DNA from: Octopus sinensis
Taxonomy: Eukaryota
Length of the DNA stretch: 64,000 bases
Reading direction: 5' to 3'
Assembly: GCF_006345805.1 (NCBI RefSeq)
Contig: NC_043006.1
Location: 62,930,001-62,994,000 of the forward strand
Numbering within the stretch: position 1 is the stretch's first letter; each line of letters opens with the position of its first letter. Positions 24,005 to 37,404 of this stretch are shown here, in pieces. Position numbers and translations under genes: made by a program. The notes under the pieces are model-generated. The model had not been told where the DNA came from. It did no database searches and saw only the letters and a program-made list of their open reading frames with translations.

Positions 24005-24107
24005 TGCACACACACACACACACATAAGGATAATATCATAACTTAAAAAGCGACCATATGAAGTGGCCAGCATATGAATAAAAACCCTATGGTGTTAATT
24101 ACTATTA

Positions 24108-24322
24108 AAATTATAATTAAGGGTATTTAAGGGATACCACCATGCTAGAGATAGCAGTCAAACCTTGACTCTAAAACTACTTCATACAGCACAAGGTGAA
24201 AAGACAAATAAATAAATAAACTAGCAAAGAATTTTTGGATAATACATGAAGTAGTTTTAGAGCAAAGTTTTGACGCTATCTCTAGCATGGTGGTATCTCT
24301 TAGATACACTTAATTATGATTT
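24108..24322. repeat. Inverted repeat with ~78-bp arms and a 60-nt spacer (MITE/fold-back-like)
   Basis: 24108-24185 versus the reverse complement of 24246-24322, ~88% identical, with core ataccaccatgctagagatagc. Confidence 0.85.
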
Positions 24323-26374
24323 TATATATATGTGTGATTGTGTGTGTGTATGTATATATAAATATTGCCTAGTGTTACATATATACTAGTTGTGTATGTA
24401 TATATATATAGATGTATATATATATGATTACAAATTGTCACCTTATATAACAATATTTCGAGTTAGAATATTTTGGAGACTGGTATTAGCTCTTCTCTTT
24501 CGAAATATTTAGCAGAAGACAGATGCTCATTGCGCGTGGTTTTTTTGTGTTGAATTATCAAATTAACATACATTTCATGCGTCACTGAGATATTCTAATT
24601 ACAGCAAGTCACCTCATGTTTTCTAATAAAAGGAGCATATATTTTGAATGTATATTTTCGGAGCATGTGTCATGTGAGCAAGTTAATATTGATGTAGTAC
24701 CATCCATATTTATTACATGCAACCTGGTGCACTTCATGTCATATTTAGCACAGATTTACCTTTTCTATGCTGCTTGATATCAATCTGCTTGTGACTGCCT
24801 TTAGTTCTACCGTACAACCTTCCTATTTTAAAAGATTTAAATTAAAATCTCATTTCAAAATTTCATGTTAATTAAAGTTCCAGACATCATATTAGTAAGT
24901 GCAAAGGTATTTTACTAAATTCTGATTTTCGTAATTGATTATAACAAAGATAGAGTGTTTCAACAGTAAATCGGTAAGAAAAAGAATAAATTAGCCAAAG
25001 CCTGCGCGACACAGCCAAGCAAACGTGTGGAAAGAGAATGTAGTACACAGAATTTCGTATAATATTCAGTTGTTTTCACTTAAAATCATTTGGTGTCCCA
25101 TTATTTACTTCAATACTTCAATCTTTATCAAGTATTTTTAGCAATCATTTGTATGATAATAACAAATATATAACGTCCTAAGTTTGTTGTGATGTGTCAA
25201 ACAATATATTTTATGTACTGCCCTTAATATCAGCATTATTCATGGATACACATTCATCCATATCTTTTGTTGACATGAATTGTATTTTTATTCCATTAAT
25301 ATTTGAAACATTCCCGGAGTTATTTGGAATATCACAAGTCTCCGAATGTTTTTTTATTTATTTTCTAGCCCAAATAATAAAATGTTAATCTCAGTTTAAA
25401 TCAATTTTTGAATGTATAATTCCCTTTGATTCTGCCAAATCAAAGATGAAAATACATCTAGGACTTACGTTGAGCTTCTGTAAAACTGGGCTCTGATGTA
25501 AAACTTGTTGATGTTACTTCGTTTAATGAAAGCCTTCAGCCAATATACATATGAGTTAGGAATTATCAATCAGTAAATATTCCGAATAGTTTTCTTGGTA
25601 CTGTTACTGGCAATGCGTTGTGGAACACAGGCTTGTTTCAAGACAAAATTGCTTATGTCTAAACTTGCTGTAGCATTCTTTGCTTTATCATATTTTATTG
25701 ATTACATTATCAGCAGATATATTGTCGTCTTGCATCATGTGCATTTAGTATTCATTGTCCACAATAAGAATAATGAAAAGCTATTTGTTATGAAGTTCTG
25801 AAGTTCTCTGTCTGGCGTAAAGACCTCCTTCACTGAAATCATAAGATGAGAGCATTTATCAAAACAATTCCATTCTTATATCAAACAGGCTAGTATCAAA
25901 TGCTGTTCATTCGTTTCATTAATTTATTCGCATACAATCTCAATTTATAAAGAAGCTATGTGTGTGTGTTTACATGTAAACATCTCTTTTTCTCATATAT
26001 ATATATACGAGTATACACATACATATAGAAAACATTATACATAGAAATATACATATATATATGTATATACATTATTATATATAGAGAGCGATGTATATGT
26101 ATGCATGTATGTATGTAAGCGTGTCTGTTTCTATAGATAGATGTACATAGACGTGCTATGCCACGGTTCAGGCAAATTTCCTTACATAGTGTGTCAGAAG
26201 CTGGCTACGTTCATACTTTCATTGTGCAGGCTTAATGTTGTAATATCTATATAATATCGTAATATCTATAAGCATTTAAGAGAACTTTGGGAGATGAGAA
26301 TAGCTAGATAAAACTAATTATAATGTATAATGGAGTATGTGAGCGTCTTGTTACTGCTTATATGTATATGTATC

Positions 26375-26377
26375 TTC

Positions 26378-26409
<32 letters not shown>

Positions 26410-26419
26410 ATGTACATAT

Positions 26420-26479
<60 letters not shown>

Positions 26480-26480
26480 C

Positions 26481-26517
<37 letters not shown>

Positions 26518-26590
26518 CATATATATATATAAATATATATATACATAGATATATATACATATATATATATATAAATATATATATACATAC

Positions 26591-26662
<72 letters not shown>
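26375..26662. repeat. Imperfect (TA)n microsatellite
   Basis: Seen directly in the sequence. Confidence 0.95.
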
Positions 26663-26664
<2 letters not shown>

Positions 26665-27104
26665 CACAAACATAGTACATATTTTTATAAGCTGCTAATA
26701 GTTTCATGCGATGAAATACATTTTATACCTCATTTGGTGCCTTCATGCAATCCTCTGGCTGTGACCAGATAACAAGCTAAAACAGGACGATAGGCTGAGA
26801 GAAAATAAGAGAAAAGGCGAGAAGGAAGTACATGTAAAAGATGGAAAGTTGAAAACACCGGAAAATGAAACAGAAAATATAAAAAAGTTAGTAATAAATA
26901 GGAAAATATCCATGTGTTTACATCTGCTGAATATTTCAGATATGGAATTCTACAGTGCAGTGAAGTTCTTAGATCTGAAAATGATCTGTCTTCTTTCCGC
27001 TACGCATAGCTTGCATCTTTTTAAATCTGTAAGCATATGGTGATGTCTCTTCAATTATTTTCACTGATATTTTCGTATTTAAAAATTATTGAGAAATTTA
27101 TTAA

Positions 27105-27166
<62 letters not shown>

Positions 27167-27199
27167 TGATAATGATAATAATGATGATGATGACGATGA

Positions 27200-27260
27200 C
27201 GAATCACAGCACATACCCACAGCACGTGAAATGAAAGCACGTTATAAAAATAAAACTACT
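27200..27260 (+). mobile_element. Short internally deleted Dong 3' tail, same family as 17834-18175, in (TAA)n
   Basis: aatcacagcacataccc...gtgaaatgaaagcacgttataaaaataaaactactg matches 18099-18175. Confidence 0.8.
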
Positions 27261-27289
27261 GAATGATAATAATAATAATAATAATAATG

Positions 27290-27367
<78 letters not shown>

Positions 27368-27382
27368 GTAATAATAATAATA

Positions 27383-27571
27383 ATAGAAATTGAAAAATGT
27401 GGCATCTCAAGACGACTACATTACCAGTATATTTTAGGATCTCTAGGGATGATAAAAAAGGTACTAAAACCTTTTTGAAAATGATGCCAGGCTTTCCATC
27501 CCTACAGGAAGTGCAAAAAATCGTTGTTAACTGGAACGGCTCATGTACTGGGAAGAGCATTATCGCTGTGA
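27383..27571 (+). mobile_element. R4/Dong REL C-terminal fragment (second subfamily)
   Basis: Frameshifted IEIEK/MWHLKTTTLPV/ILGSLGMIKK...LQEVQKIV/LTGTAHVLGRALSL*, directly after (TAA)n. Confidence 0.75.
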
Positions 27572-27747
27572 AAACAACATCCATTCATGAATATATAATT
27601 TTTTTTAATACATATTAAACCTGTGAATTTGCGTATGTAATCTGGGAATGCATACAATAAGCTCCTCTGCCCTACGTGTACGGAAAACACTCGGCAAGAA
27701 ACGGAAGAAAATTTGAAGAAAAATAATAATAATTATTATTATTATTG

Positions 27748-28295
27748 AGTGAGAGAGCAGTTCATGCCATCAAAGTGACACTGGGGTAAAATATACGAAG
27801 CCCAATATACCCATCATGACTACCCGTCTCATAAAGTTACACCAGGCACATGCATCACAACCATATGTGCGCGACATGGTGATCTCATATCAAGATAAAC
27901 AGCACATGACCTTGCAGGTGGGGCCCAGTTAGAATTTTCTTCAGGTTGAGTAGCCCATCCTGCTCAAACGGTCCCTGAATAAGGGTTGCTTAAGGATGTT
28001 GAAAGAACCACCCATGTTTCCAGAGGTGAACTATTCAAACCCCAAAGAATCCCTCTCAACACATGGCTATGATGCTCCCCCACCACTTCTGCTCGTGATC
28101 AGAGATGCACATATCGTCAGCCACTAAGGGACATGCTCAACTGGTTAAGGTCAAACAACTGACAAGCAAATCTGTGGTATTGAACAGAATATTTGCTGTA
28201 GCCCATCTTTTATACCAAGACAAAACAATGTACATGATAACACTTCCAATCAGTTAAGATCAGAAGCCATGAGAGCCACTGCCTGGTACTGCATC
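27748..28295. mobile_element. ~550-bp non-coding interspersed repeat flanked by (TTA)n; probable LINE 3' UTR or SINE on the minus strand
   Basis: (TTA)n on both sides. Internal ~90 bp (agcaaatctgtgg...atttgctgtagccca) recurs inverted at ~45120-45210. Confidence 0.6.
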
Positions 28296-28415
28296 AATTT
28301 ATTATTATTATTATTATTATTATTATATTATTATTATTATTATTATTTATTATTATTATTATATTATTATTATTATTATTATTATTAATAATAATAATAT
28401 AATAATAATATAATA

Positions 28416-28471
<56 letters not shown>

Positions 28472-28625
28472 GTAATAACAAAAGAATGTGACCACGATAC
28501 TAGAGAAATAAAAGAGAAATAAATTAGAACAAACAGTAAAAGGATATCATCATAGTATTTAGAGCTTCGAATGCCAGATCGAAGAGCTCGATAACACTCT
28601 AGTCGGCTGTAATTGGCCATTAATA

Positions 28626-28667
<42 letters not shown>

Positions 28668-28771
28668 GCGCGCGCACACACTGTGATAATGTTCCAGTGC
28701 GACTACACTGGGAGTTGTGGCAGGAAGTACGGGCTGGAATGTATGTGTGTATGTATGTATGCATATATATA

Positions 28772-29142
28772 CATGAGTGGCTGTGTGGCATGAAGATTGC
28801 TTCCCAGCAACTTGGTTCCGGTTTCAGTCCCACTGAGTGTAACCTTGGGCAAGTGTCTTCTACTATAGCCTCGGGCCGACCAAAGCCTTGTGAGTGGATT
28901 TGGTAGACGGAAACTGAAAGAAGCTCGTCGTATAAATTTATGTATACGTGTTTATGTGTATGTGTGTGTGTTTATGTATCTATGTTTATTCCCCCACCAT
29001 CGCTTCACAACCGATATTGGTGTGTTTACGTCCTCGTAACTTAGCGGGTTGCCAAAAATGTAGCGATAGAATGAGTACTAAGCTTACACAGAATAAGTCC
29101 TGAAGTCGATTTCTTCGGCTAAAAGTGGTGCTCCAGCATGGC
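28772..29142 (+). mobile_element. SINE family 'A'
   Basis: Aligns with 6485-6886. Confidence 0.88.
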
Positions 29143-29442
29143 TTTAAAGAACATTTTGTCCCGTGTTGCCATTATCAGAGTATCCGTCGAGTTTCTACCT
29201 CTTAAGTTGTAATCAATGGGAAATATGTGAGAGAGGAAACTAGGGGCCGACTTAACCAAAGTCGTAGCTCTAAGTAAAACACAACGAACAATATTGACTG
29301 AGTTGCGGCATTAGATCATCTGCCTGTGTTGTGCTCATTTTATATCTATGAGTAATCCGAAAGGATTGGTTCGCCTGTAAACCAAATATTCAATTAGACA
29401 CGAGCGTGCACACAAACATACACACACATATATATATATATA

Positions 29443-29747
29443 TCACGTGATCACGTGACCGACCATACCATCAGAAGTTGCTACACATCGCTGGTCACAA
29501 TGCGTTCGCATTGTTTTAGCCTTCGAATGTCGCCACCCCGCTGGCTAAGCGAGCAGGCCAACAGAAGAACGAGTGGGAGAAAGAGTGGTGAAAGAGTACA
29601 GCAGGGATCACCATCCCCTGCCGGAGCCTCATGGAGCTTTTAGGTGTTTTCGTTCAATAAACACTCACAACGCCCGGTCTGGGAATCGAAACTGCGATCC
29701 TACGACCGCGTGTCCGCCGCCCTAACCACTGGGCCATTGCGCTTCCA
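29443..29747 (-). mobile_element. SINE family 'B' (tRNA-Arg-like head)
   Basis: Minus strand reads tggaagcgcaatggcccagtggttaggg...gtttcgattcccagaccgggcg. Tail ends in TCACGTGATCACGTGA(TA)n. Confidence 0.88.
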
Positions 29748-29774
29748 CACACATATATATATAGTTCAAATTTA

Positions 29775-30790
29775 TAGAAAATCAAAGACGAGTTCCCTCG
29801 AATGCCCATTAACCCGCTCTCCTAAGCTACGTGCTGTCTCCCCTACGTACGACGTTGTCTTGTTACTACACCGTCCCTCTGTACATCTTATTCTATTAAC
29901 TACATTCCTAGCTTTACAGTTTGTTTGTGGGCTAACTCTACATACAATGCAATTCCTATCAATACAAGGAGATATATTAAAAGGGTAGGGTCTGCTGATT
30001 AGGGATTTGATAGGGTTACCCGGCCTTTATAGAACCTTAATTCTTAGCTTAAGCTTTCTCCGGCCCTTCTAAAGCGGCACATTAGTTCGCCTCAAAGGGT
30101 GGTGTAATGGAACACGACACTCTGGTATTTGTGGCTATTTAAACGATGTGTTGGCCTTCCCAATTTTCCTCTTAGTCTTTTCAGTGGTATTCTATGACTA
30201 GCTCTTTTAGAGTGGGCAAATCCCATTCTTATCGTTATGTATGGTAGTTTCAAATTTCTTCATGGCTCCTTTATATATACACTAATCCTTTATGTATTGC
30301 TGTGACCTGAGAACTGCATGCGGTGGACGAAGTGTTGTAGGTGCCTGTTTAACTCTTTAGAGTTGCACATGTGGAACACATTTTTCATTATTCTGATGAG
30401 GTCTACCAACAATATACTTAACTTGGCATTGTCCGCGATAGCTGCGTTCCGGTGGATTAGGTATCTGGAGGCCATACGTCTGGCATGGTGGGAACGGAGA
30501 ATTCAGGTTTTATTATTCACTGTTTCCAGTCAGACTTCTGTATATAATAGTGAATCTAATATTATGATTAGGGTGTTTCGTAGGGTATTCTATCGTGACC
30601 TTAATGCTCTGGTGGATGGAGCTATTTATTTGCTGGATGCTCACCATAGTATTAGTTTCTATTTATAGTTCAAGGATACTCTCTTGTAGAGGTGTCTTTA
30701 CCACTATGTTGATATCATATGTAAATCACTATGGAGTTCGGTGCCAGGCGTTCTTTACGCCACTTGTCCTACCATACCTAGGAAAAGGTT
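29775..30790 (-). mobile_element. Penelope-like element ORF remnant (RT thumb + GIY-YIG)
   Basis: Minus strand: ...IKVL*RPGNPIKSLI...CIVCRVSPQTNCKARNVVNRIRC...YVGETARSLGERVNGH. Confidence 0.8.
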
Positions 30791-30809
30791 AGCCACAGTA
30801 AATATAAAT

Positions 30810-31245
30810 AAAAAATAAATAACAATAACCTAAAAAATTAAGGGTAACGAGAAAAGGTAAGAAAGATAAAAATGAAAAATCAATAGTAAATAGAAATTCA
30901 AGAAAAATATACATGTATGCAAAATATATGTAGTATAAATTTAAATAAAAAGAAAAGAATAATATGCAAGGGGAAAAATGTATATAATGAAACGAATGAA
31001 AGATGAATTAGATCGTAAAAATTATTAGTCAACAGTTATATATAAGATAAATTATTTCTATTGGTTTGGTAATACCGCTCAGGAAAGCTATAGAAGAGAA
31101 GCGATAACATCAATATGTGTCATATATAAAATCAAGCAAGGATAAAAGTTTGAAAATTGAGAGTTAACATATGTATCTTATACGCCTTATAGACCGTTAT
31201 TCATCAAAAAGAAAAGATGTATATATTCAAATTTATGTGTTTATA

Positions 31246-31306
<61 letters not shown>

Positions 31307-31630
31307 AATTAATAAATCTTAGGGTAGCAAAAAGACTTTTAGAAAAATTCTTTGCTACTAGTGGTCTAGCGAGAAGAAAAAATTAGTCAATAGACTATAT
31401 ATTATTCATATAAAAAATACTTATCCTTCGTTCATTTCATCATATAAATTTTTCCCTTGCATACTTAAGTATTATTCTTTTCTTTTCATTTAAATTATAT
31501 ACTATATATATATTTTACATACATGTATACATGTATATTTTTCTTTAATATCTATTTATCATTGATTTTTCATTTCAATCTTTCTTATCTTTGTTCTTTA
31601 CCCTTATATTTTTAAGATTATTTTTAATTA
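30810..31630. repeat. AT-rich inverted repeat (~200-bp arms, ~80%) adjoining the Penelope remnant
   Basis: The reverse complement of ~30870-31005 aligns with ~31420-31575. Confidence 0.7.
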
Positions 31631-33728
31631 ATATTTGTTTTTGTTTTCCTCCATTTACTTTATTTACTATAATGGCATCTTCACTAACTCACCACTTAGA
31701 TACATTTACATTATATATTGGATCCAACTTCTTAAACGTATTAGTATTTTGTATGCGTCCTTCTAAGAAATATGTTAAACTTTGTTCTATAAGCTCATAA
31801 AAACTCTGACGAAGTTCTGCCCCATATAGTTAAAATTTATGCCATTCTTAGCATATAACGGAATACTTAGAATTACATATCAAGATGGGGCTAAAACGGA
31901 GACATATATGTACATTTTTTTCGCATCTCCCATTTATTTTTGAGCTTTACAACTTAGAGTTTATTTGTACTGTTATGTTTCAAAAATTCAACATCAAATA
32001 AACCAATTATTCCTACATCCATCTTTTTCCATTTTCTTTCGTTCATTATTAATAATATGTATTACTACATTAATCCCTAACATCTCGCAGAGACTTTCTC
32101 ATTATATGATAGTGATTAATCAGTGGAATTTTGGGGATTACGTAAACCCTACTGTAGAGCTAGCATTCTCGAATTAACTGTATATATGTGAGATATATAT
32201 ATATATATATATGTGTGTGTATGTGTGTCTGTGTGTGTGTTTGTGTGTGTGTGCGTGTATGTGTTCGTTTGTGTGTGTGTTAATGATTGCTGACCTCGAT
32301 CGAAATCAGTAATTTGAAGGAAAACAACTTATTGATCTAGTAGCTGGCTTATATATATTTTATTGACCTTATGATGGGAATTCAAACTATGAAATTTACT
32401 ATATTGAAATTAAATACTATATTTATTCAACAAATCATCTTTCTTCACGGTCGTTATCACACAAAATACACATTCGTTTCATAAGATGCAACGCCCTAAT
32501 GTGAACTAAACTTAATTATCTGATATTTATTATTAATTCATTCATACATTGCCAGTACTTGTAATATCGATCTCACTGAAGAATATAAATCTATATGATT
32601 TTTTTCATATAACTTTATATACGTATGAAATAAACATACAATATAACAACAATGATTATTCTTATTGTGGTTGTACTATATAAAAATAATGAGCCCAATC
32701 CCTACTTAGACTCAGCTTAACAGTGAATCACGATAATCAAATGAAATCCATTTTTAACTGTCCTGTTTTTTGTTTGTTTTTCTTATTTCTAGGACTACAT
32801 TATTCAACGCTTCATCCGTTTTAAAACAGTAGTATATAAGTTGTAGGTGTTTTAGCTACTGTGTTTAGCAAGTCGAGCTATTATGTAGAGAGCTACTTTT
32901 TGCATTGCTATTGTTTTGCCCTCACCTAGGAGATATATATTCGTTGACATGCAGTCTTAGATATATTGAGATCATTTAACAGAGACGGGTGCGATCTGAG
33001 AAAGATTTAGCTACTATTTCTAGTAAGTGGCACAATGTAGAGACACCCGTTTATTGCACTTTAGGAAACTGAAGTGGGGAAAATTAAATTGAAAAATAAA
33101 TTTTTGTTTTCAAAGCCATTGCTCCGACATTTCTTCTACCTTACAATTTAAATAAAGTCTGCAACCGAGAGATCTTCGAGATACAGTGGCAGAGTATATA
33201 TCTTTGTCTACAAAATTAACGTGCGACAGTTGTACTTCAAGAAACATTATAACATGAAATAGTGGAACACCAGAATGGTGAAGTACTTAGAACAATTACG
33301 AACTAATTAATTGTGACATAGTATAAAACTGATGAAAAAATTCGTTACTATTTTGTCCTGAATGAAACTGATTAATCAATTATTTATAATTAAAATACTT
33401 CCATTTTTTTCTGTCCGCAATGTGCGCTTGAATGTTGCGATTGCTGTTGTTGAAATTGTTATTGTTATTAAAGACGAGGTAAATCACAATCGATCAGGTC
33501 ACTGATCAAGCTATTTCAACCGTATTCATTAGAACTATTGGCATGAGAGTTCCAAGCGTTACTAGCCAGTATGCTATTGAATACAATATATCCAATGTGC
33601 GCTGCCATTTTGAGACGGTAGAGTCTGGTTTATGGGCGAATTAACTATAACTACTAACAAGCATAGTAACCAGGCAGCACTTCGTTCGTTCGCAAGACAC
33701 TTTTTTTGTTCTTCTTTAGGGCAGCGGG

Positions 33729-34153
33729 GGATCTTTTCGGCTTGAACGGCAGCTTTTTAAAATAATTTCCACGTAACTAAACACTTTTAAACTTCGTATA
33801 CTGGTAGAATGTGTTTATAAAACATCTTTTCCTCATGGCTTTATTGCGAAAATCCTATAGTTTGTAAGATATTTGTTGTTTTTCTTCAATTTCTGCACTT
33901 TCAACCAATCAATGACGTCTATTGAGGTGAAAAACATTCTGTGCCGTATGAATATGACCCTCGTTTAAGAAACAGATTGGGTTTATTTACATTTCTGAAG
34001 AAAAAAAGATACCCTTCCCCCACCCCTAACCCTAACTAACCCTAACCCTAAAACAGATTGAAATGCAATAGATCGATACTAGGGTTATAATCATGGGTGA
34101 AAATTTCATATGACACCGCTAGAAAAAAACTGCCGTTCGAACCGCAAAGATCC
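33729..34153. mobile_element. 425-bp MITE with ~30-bp TIRs, 8-bp TSD and internal (CCCTAA)-like repeats
   Basis: TIRs GGATCTTTTCGGCTTGAACGGCAGCTTTTT (33729-33758) and the inverse at 34123-34153. GCAGCGGG at 33721-33728 and 34154-34161. Confidence 0.85.
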
Positions 34154-34392
34154 GCAGCGGGTATTTTCCAATATTTGAAATTTATGCATTTCATTCTTTT
34201 CCTTTCGTTCTTAAAAAGAGTGAGGCAGTGAATCAGTTTATCCCCTGCAACGTTCCGAATCGCTATAAATATTCGTTTTCGGCTTAAATTATTATTTTGA
34301 CTCGTGATCTAGCTACACTTATAAGTCGTCTTCGAAAAATCTTGGTTGAATCTTCGTTATCCTCACTAAATTTGGAAATAGTTTCATATATA

Positions 34393-34793
34393 GGCGCAGG
34401 AGTGGCTGTGTGGTAAGTAGCTTGCTAACCAACCACATGGTTCCGGGTTCAGTCCCACTGCGTGTCATCTTGGGCAAGTGTCTTCTGCTATAGCCTCGGG
34501 CCGACCAATGACTTATGAGTGGATTTGGTAGACGGAAACTGAAAGAAGTCTGTCGTATATATGTATATATATATGTATATATGTGTATGTGTGTGTGTTT
34601 GTCCCCCTAGCATTGCTTGACAACCGATGCTGGTGTGTTTACGTCCCCGTCACATAGCGGTTCGGCAAAAGAGACCGATAGAATAAGTACTGGGCTTACA
34701 AAGAATAAGTCCCGGGGTCGATTTGCTCGACTAAAGGCGGTGCCCCAGCATGGCCGCACTCAAATGACTGAAACAAGTAAAAGAGTAAAAGAG
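34393..34793 (+). mobile_element. SINE family 'A', full length
   Basis: Highly similar to 6485-6886. Confidence 0.9.
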
Positions 34794-36499
34794 TATATAT
34801 TAAATAATTCTTTCTATATGTAAATGAACAGATATTGTAATTCAACATTAGGTTGCTGGCGAACAAGATATACAAAGAGGTTTCGATTTCCCTATGAAAT
34901 TCCGATTTTATTATTGTTCAATCACGTCACTTAAATTTCAGACATATTTAGACGGTGAGACGGAAATTATCAACTGGTTTCAAATCCTATTTGGACTGAT
35001 TTTCATTTACATACGCCAACAACAGCCTTTGAGAATGGCATGAATTACGGGTTCCCTTTTATTCATTTTATTCATTTCCATAAATTTATATAAGACATTA
35101 TATTTACTATTTTTATATCAATATTTATTTTTAGCAATGAAAAAAGAACATATTCATAATTGCTTGTATCACAAAATATAAATCAAATTTTTCTTTGAGC
35201 TTTCAGTTACTATTAGATTGGGTTTATGTATGTTTAAAAATAATGATATCTTTTCCCATTGGACGTAGAAAAGAAAAACAAAAGAACAAAATATTATGAG
35301 TGAAAGATTTCATCAGTCTCAACAAATACTAACTTAGCTTAGAACGTTTGGAATTTTTAAAGAAAACAAAACCACATTTCAATAACGTCGGGAATTTGCA
35401 TTAGGATTCTGGAGATTTAAAGCTGTTTAAAGTAAATTTAACAATTTAAAAGAAATTTCTCCAGGCTAGTCTAGTCTGTCAGCAAATTATAGTTCAGACT
35501 CCATTAGAAGCAAGTAGCTATTGTGAAAATAATGTCTACATGCCACAGTTTGAAAATAAGCAACTCTTAGATGTTGACAATTTTTTGTTACCTAAATAAT
35601 CTACTTGAAGTTATTATCGTCGAACCGAGATAAGTGTATTCATGACGAAACAACATTGCTCTTCTTGAATCCTCCTTTTAGAAATCTCAATACAGTTAAG
35701 ATCACTTCTAGAAAGTGTGTAAAGGTCAGAGGGAGACAAAGCAGAATGTAAGAAAAATGTCAAATATTGAAGTTACAATAAAATAGAAAGATTTTTCTTG
35801 TTTTCTCTTTGTTGTGGTTATTGATATTGCTTTCTTCATCATTCTTTTTATTTATATAATTTATCGTTGTATATTTTGCTTCATTTTGATGTTTTATTAA
35901 TATTATTATGGTTATTATTATTATTGTTGTTGTTGTTGTTGCGGTGGTTTTGTCGTTATATTCTCTTCTTTACGCCATATTTTTTACTTGAAATCAAGTA
36001 AAAAATATAAAACGTGATTGATGTTATTTGATTTCTATAACACCAATAATAGAAAATGTACTTTATATAGACACACTGGTTATGTATGTATGTGTATGTG
36101 TGTATGTGGTGTATGTAGGCAAATAAAACATATTATGTATGAATATATATACACACACACAACACGCACGTATTTCATGTTATTTAAAAAAGTAAAGCGC
36201 TTTATTATTGAAAGCAAATACAGGCGAATGAATACGCACGTTAATGTACGTAGCGCATGGAAATTCTTCAGCTGAGCAAATAGCGATAAAATAGTGAGTT
36301 TTTGCTGCTCGAAAAGTATGTGTAAGGATTTATTTAATATTAGAGTAGGTTCCAACCTATTTATGCTGTTGACTATTATGTCTTTTTTTTTTTACTGTTC
36401 TCTTTATCATAACACATATGCTAGTAATTCTTCTTGTGGATATTGTTTAATATACACTCAACTATGTAAACATTTCCTTTATACATATATAACATATAT

Positions 36500-36950
36500 G
36501 TAAAATAAGAAATCAGGTTACCAACCAGAATATCGGATGTTGTTATCCGATACGAATATGCGATTCGTATTATTTTTGCTTTCGAATAACGCCACATCGC
36601 GGGCTAGTTGAGTAGACCAACATTCGGTCTGATCGGAAAGCTATTCCGTCAAAGGGTTATCCACTCGCAGTTGGGTTGACTGTGATCATCTACTGACTGT
36701 GTGTGCAATATCTTAGCTACGCGCCTTCTACATGTAATAAATGCAACTAAGAAATATTTGTATCTAAAAAGCAATATCCGATATGAAGTTACAAAACAGC
36801 AACCGATTATGTTTTTCTGAGGCCTTCACGAACTTACATGCATGGATGATTTTTAATATCTTGACAGCCAGACAATTAAGAAGACTTATGCTCGGGAGAC
36901 TTGTCAACGATTTTTGTATCATTTTATTGATCTTAATATTCGTCCCTACC
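36500..36950 (-). mobile_element. Probable Penelope 3' end (GIY-YIG C-terminus + structured pLTR)
   Basis: LNCLAVKILKII...SEKHNRLLFCNFISD resembles PLE C-termini (C.LCL.EK..I...SKCRH.NKFLL.NF). Followed by a hairpin cluster. Confidence 0.4.
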
Positions 36951-37233
36951 ATATATTGTCATAGCATCATATATTCTGTTGAGCCATTTGAACGACTGAC
37001 TATGAACTTGCTGTTATAGCTCACCCCACTCAGTCATTCTACTGTATGTATTCTCCGTTTTTTGTTCATTCTTCTACCTATCCTTCCACCAACTTAACCA
37101 TCACATTTCTTAATTCTTTTCCACCTTTACTGTTAAGACTTCTATATACTAACTACAAAATTGATTTCCACCTCTCTCTCTCTCTCTCTTTTTCTGTCTG
37201 TCTGTCTCTCTGGCTCTCTCTCTCCCCCCCCCA

Positions 37234-37295
<62 letters not shown>

Positions 37296-37404
37296 GATAT
37301 AACTGCATATATATATTGAGCATTTTCGACCAGCAAAATTTATTCCATCTGAAAATGGCGCTGGGGACACTAAAACTATAACTTAGATTTCTATTATTTC
37401 GAAA

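Noticed and set aside
34024-34050. Interstitial telomere or chromosome-fusion scar.
   Set aside because: Only about four repeats, and they lie inside a TIR/TSD-bounded element.
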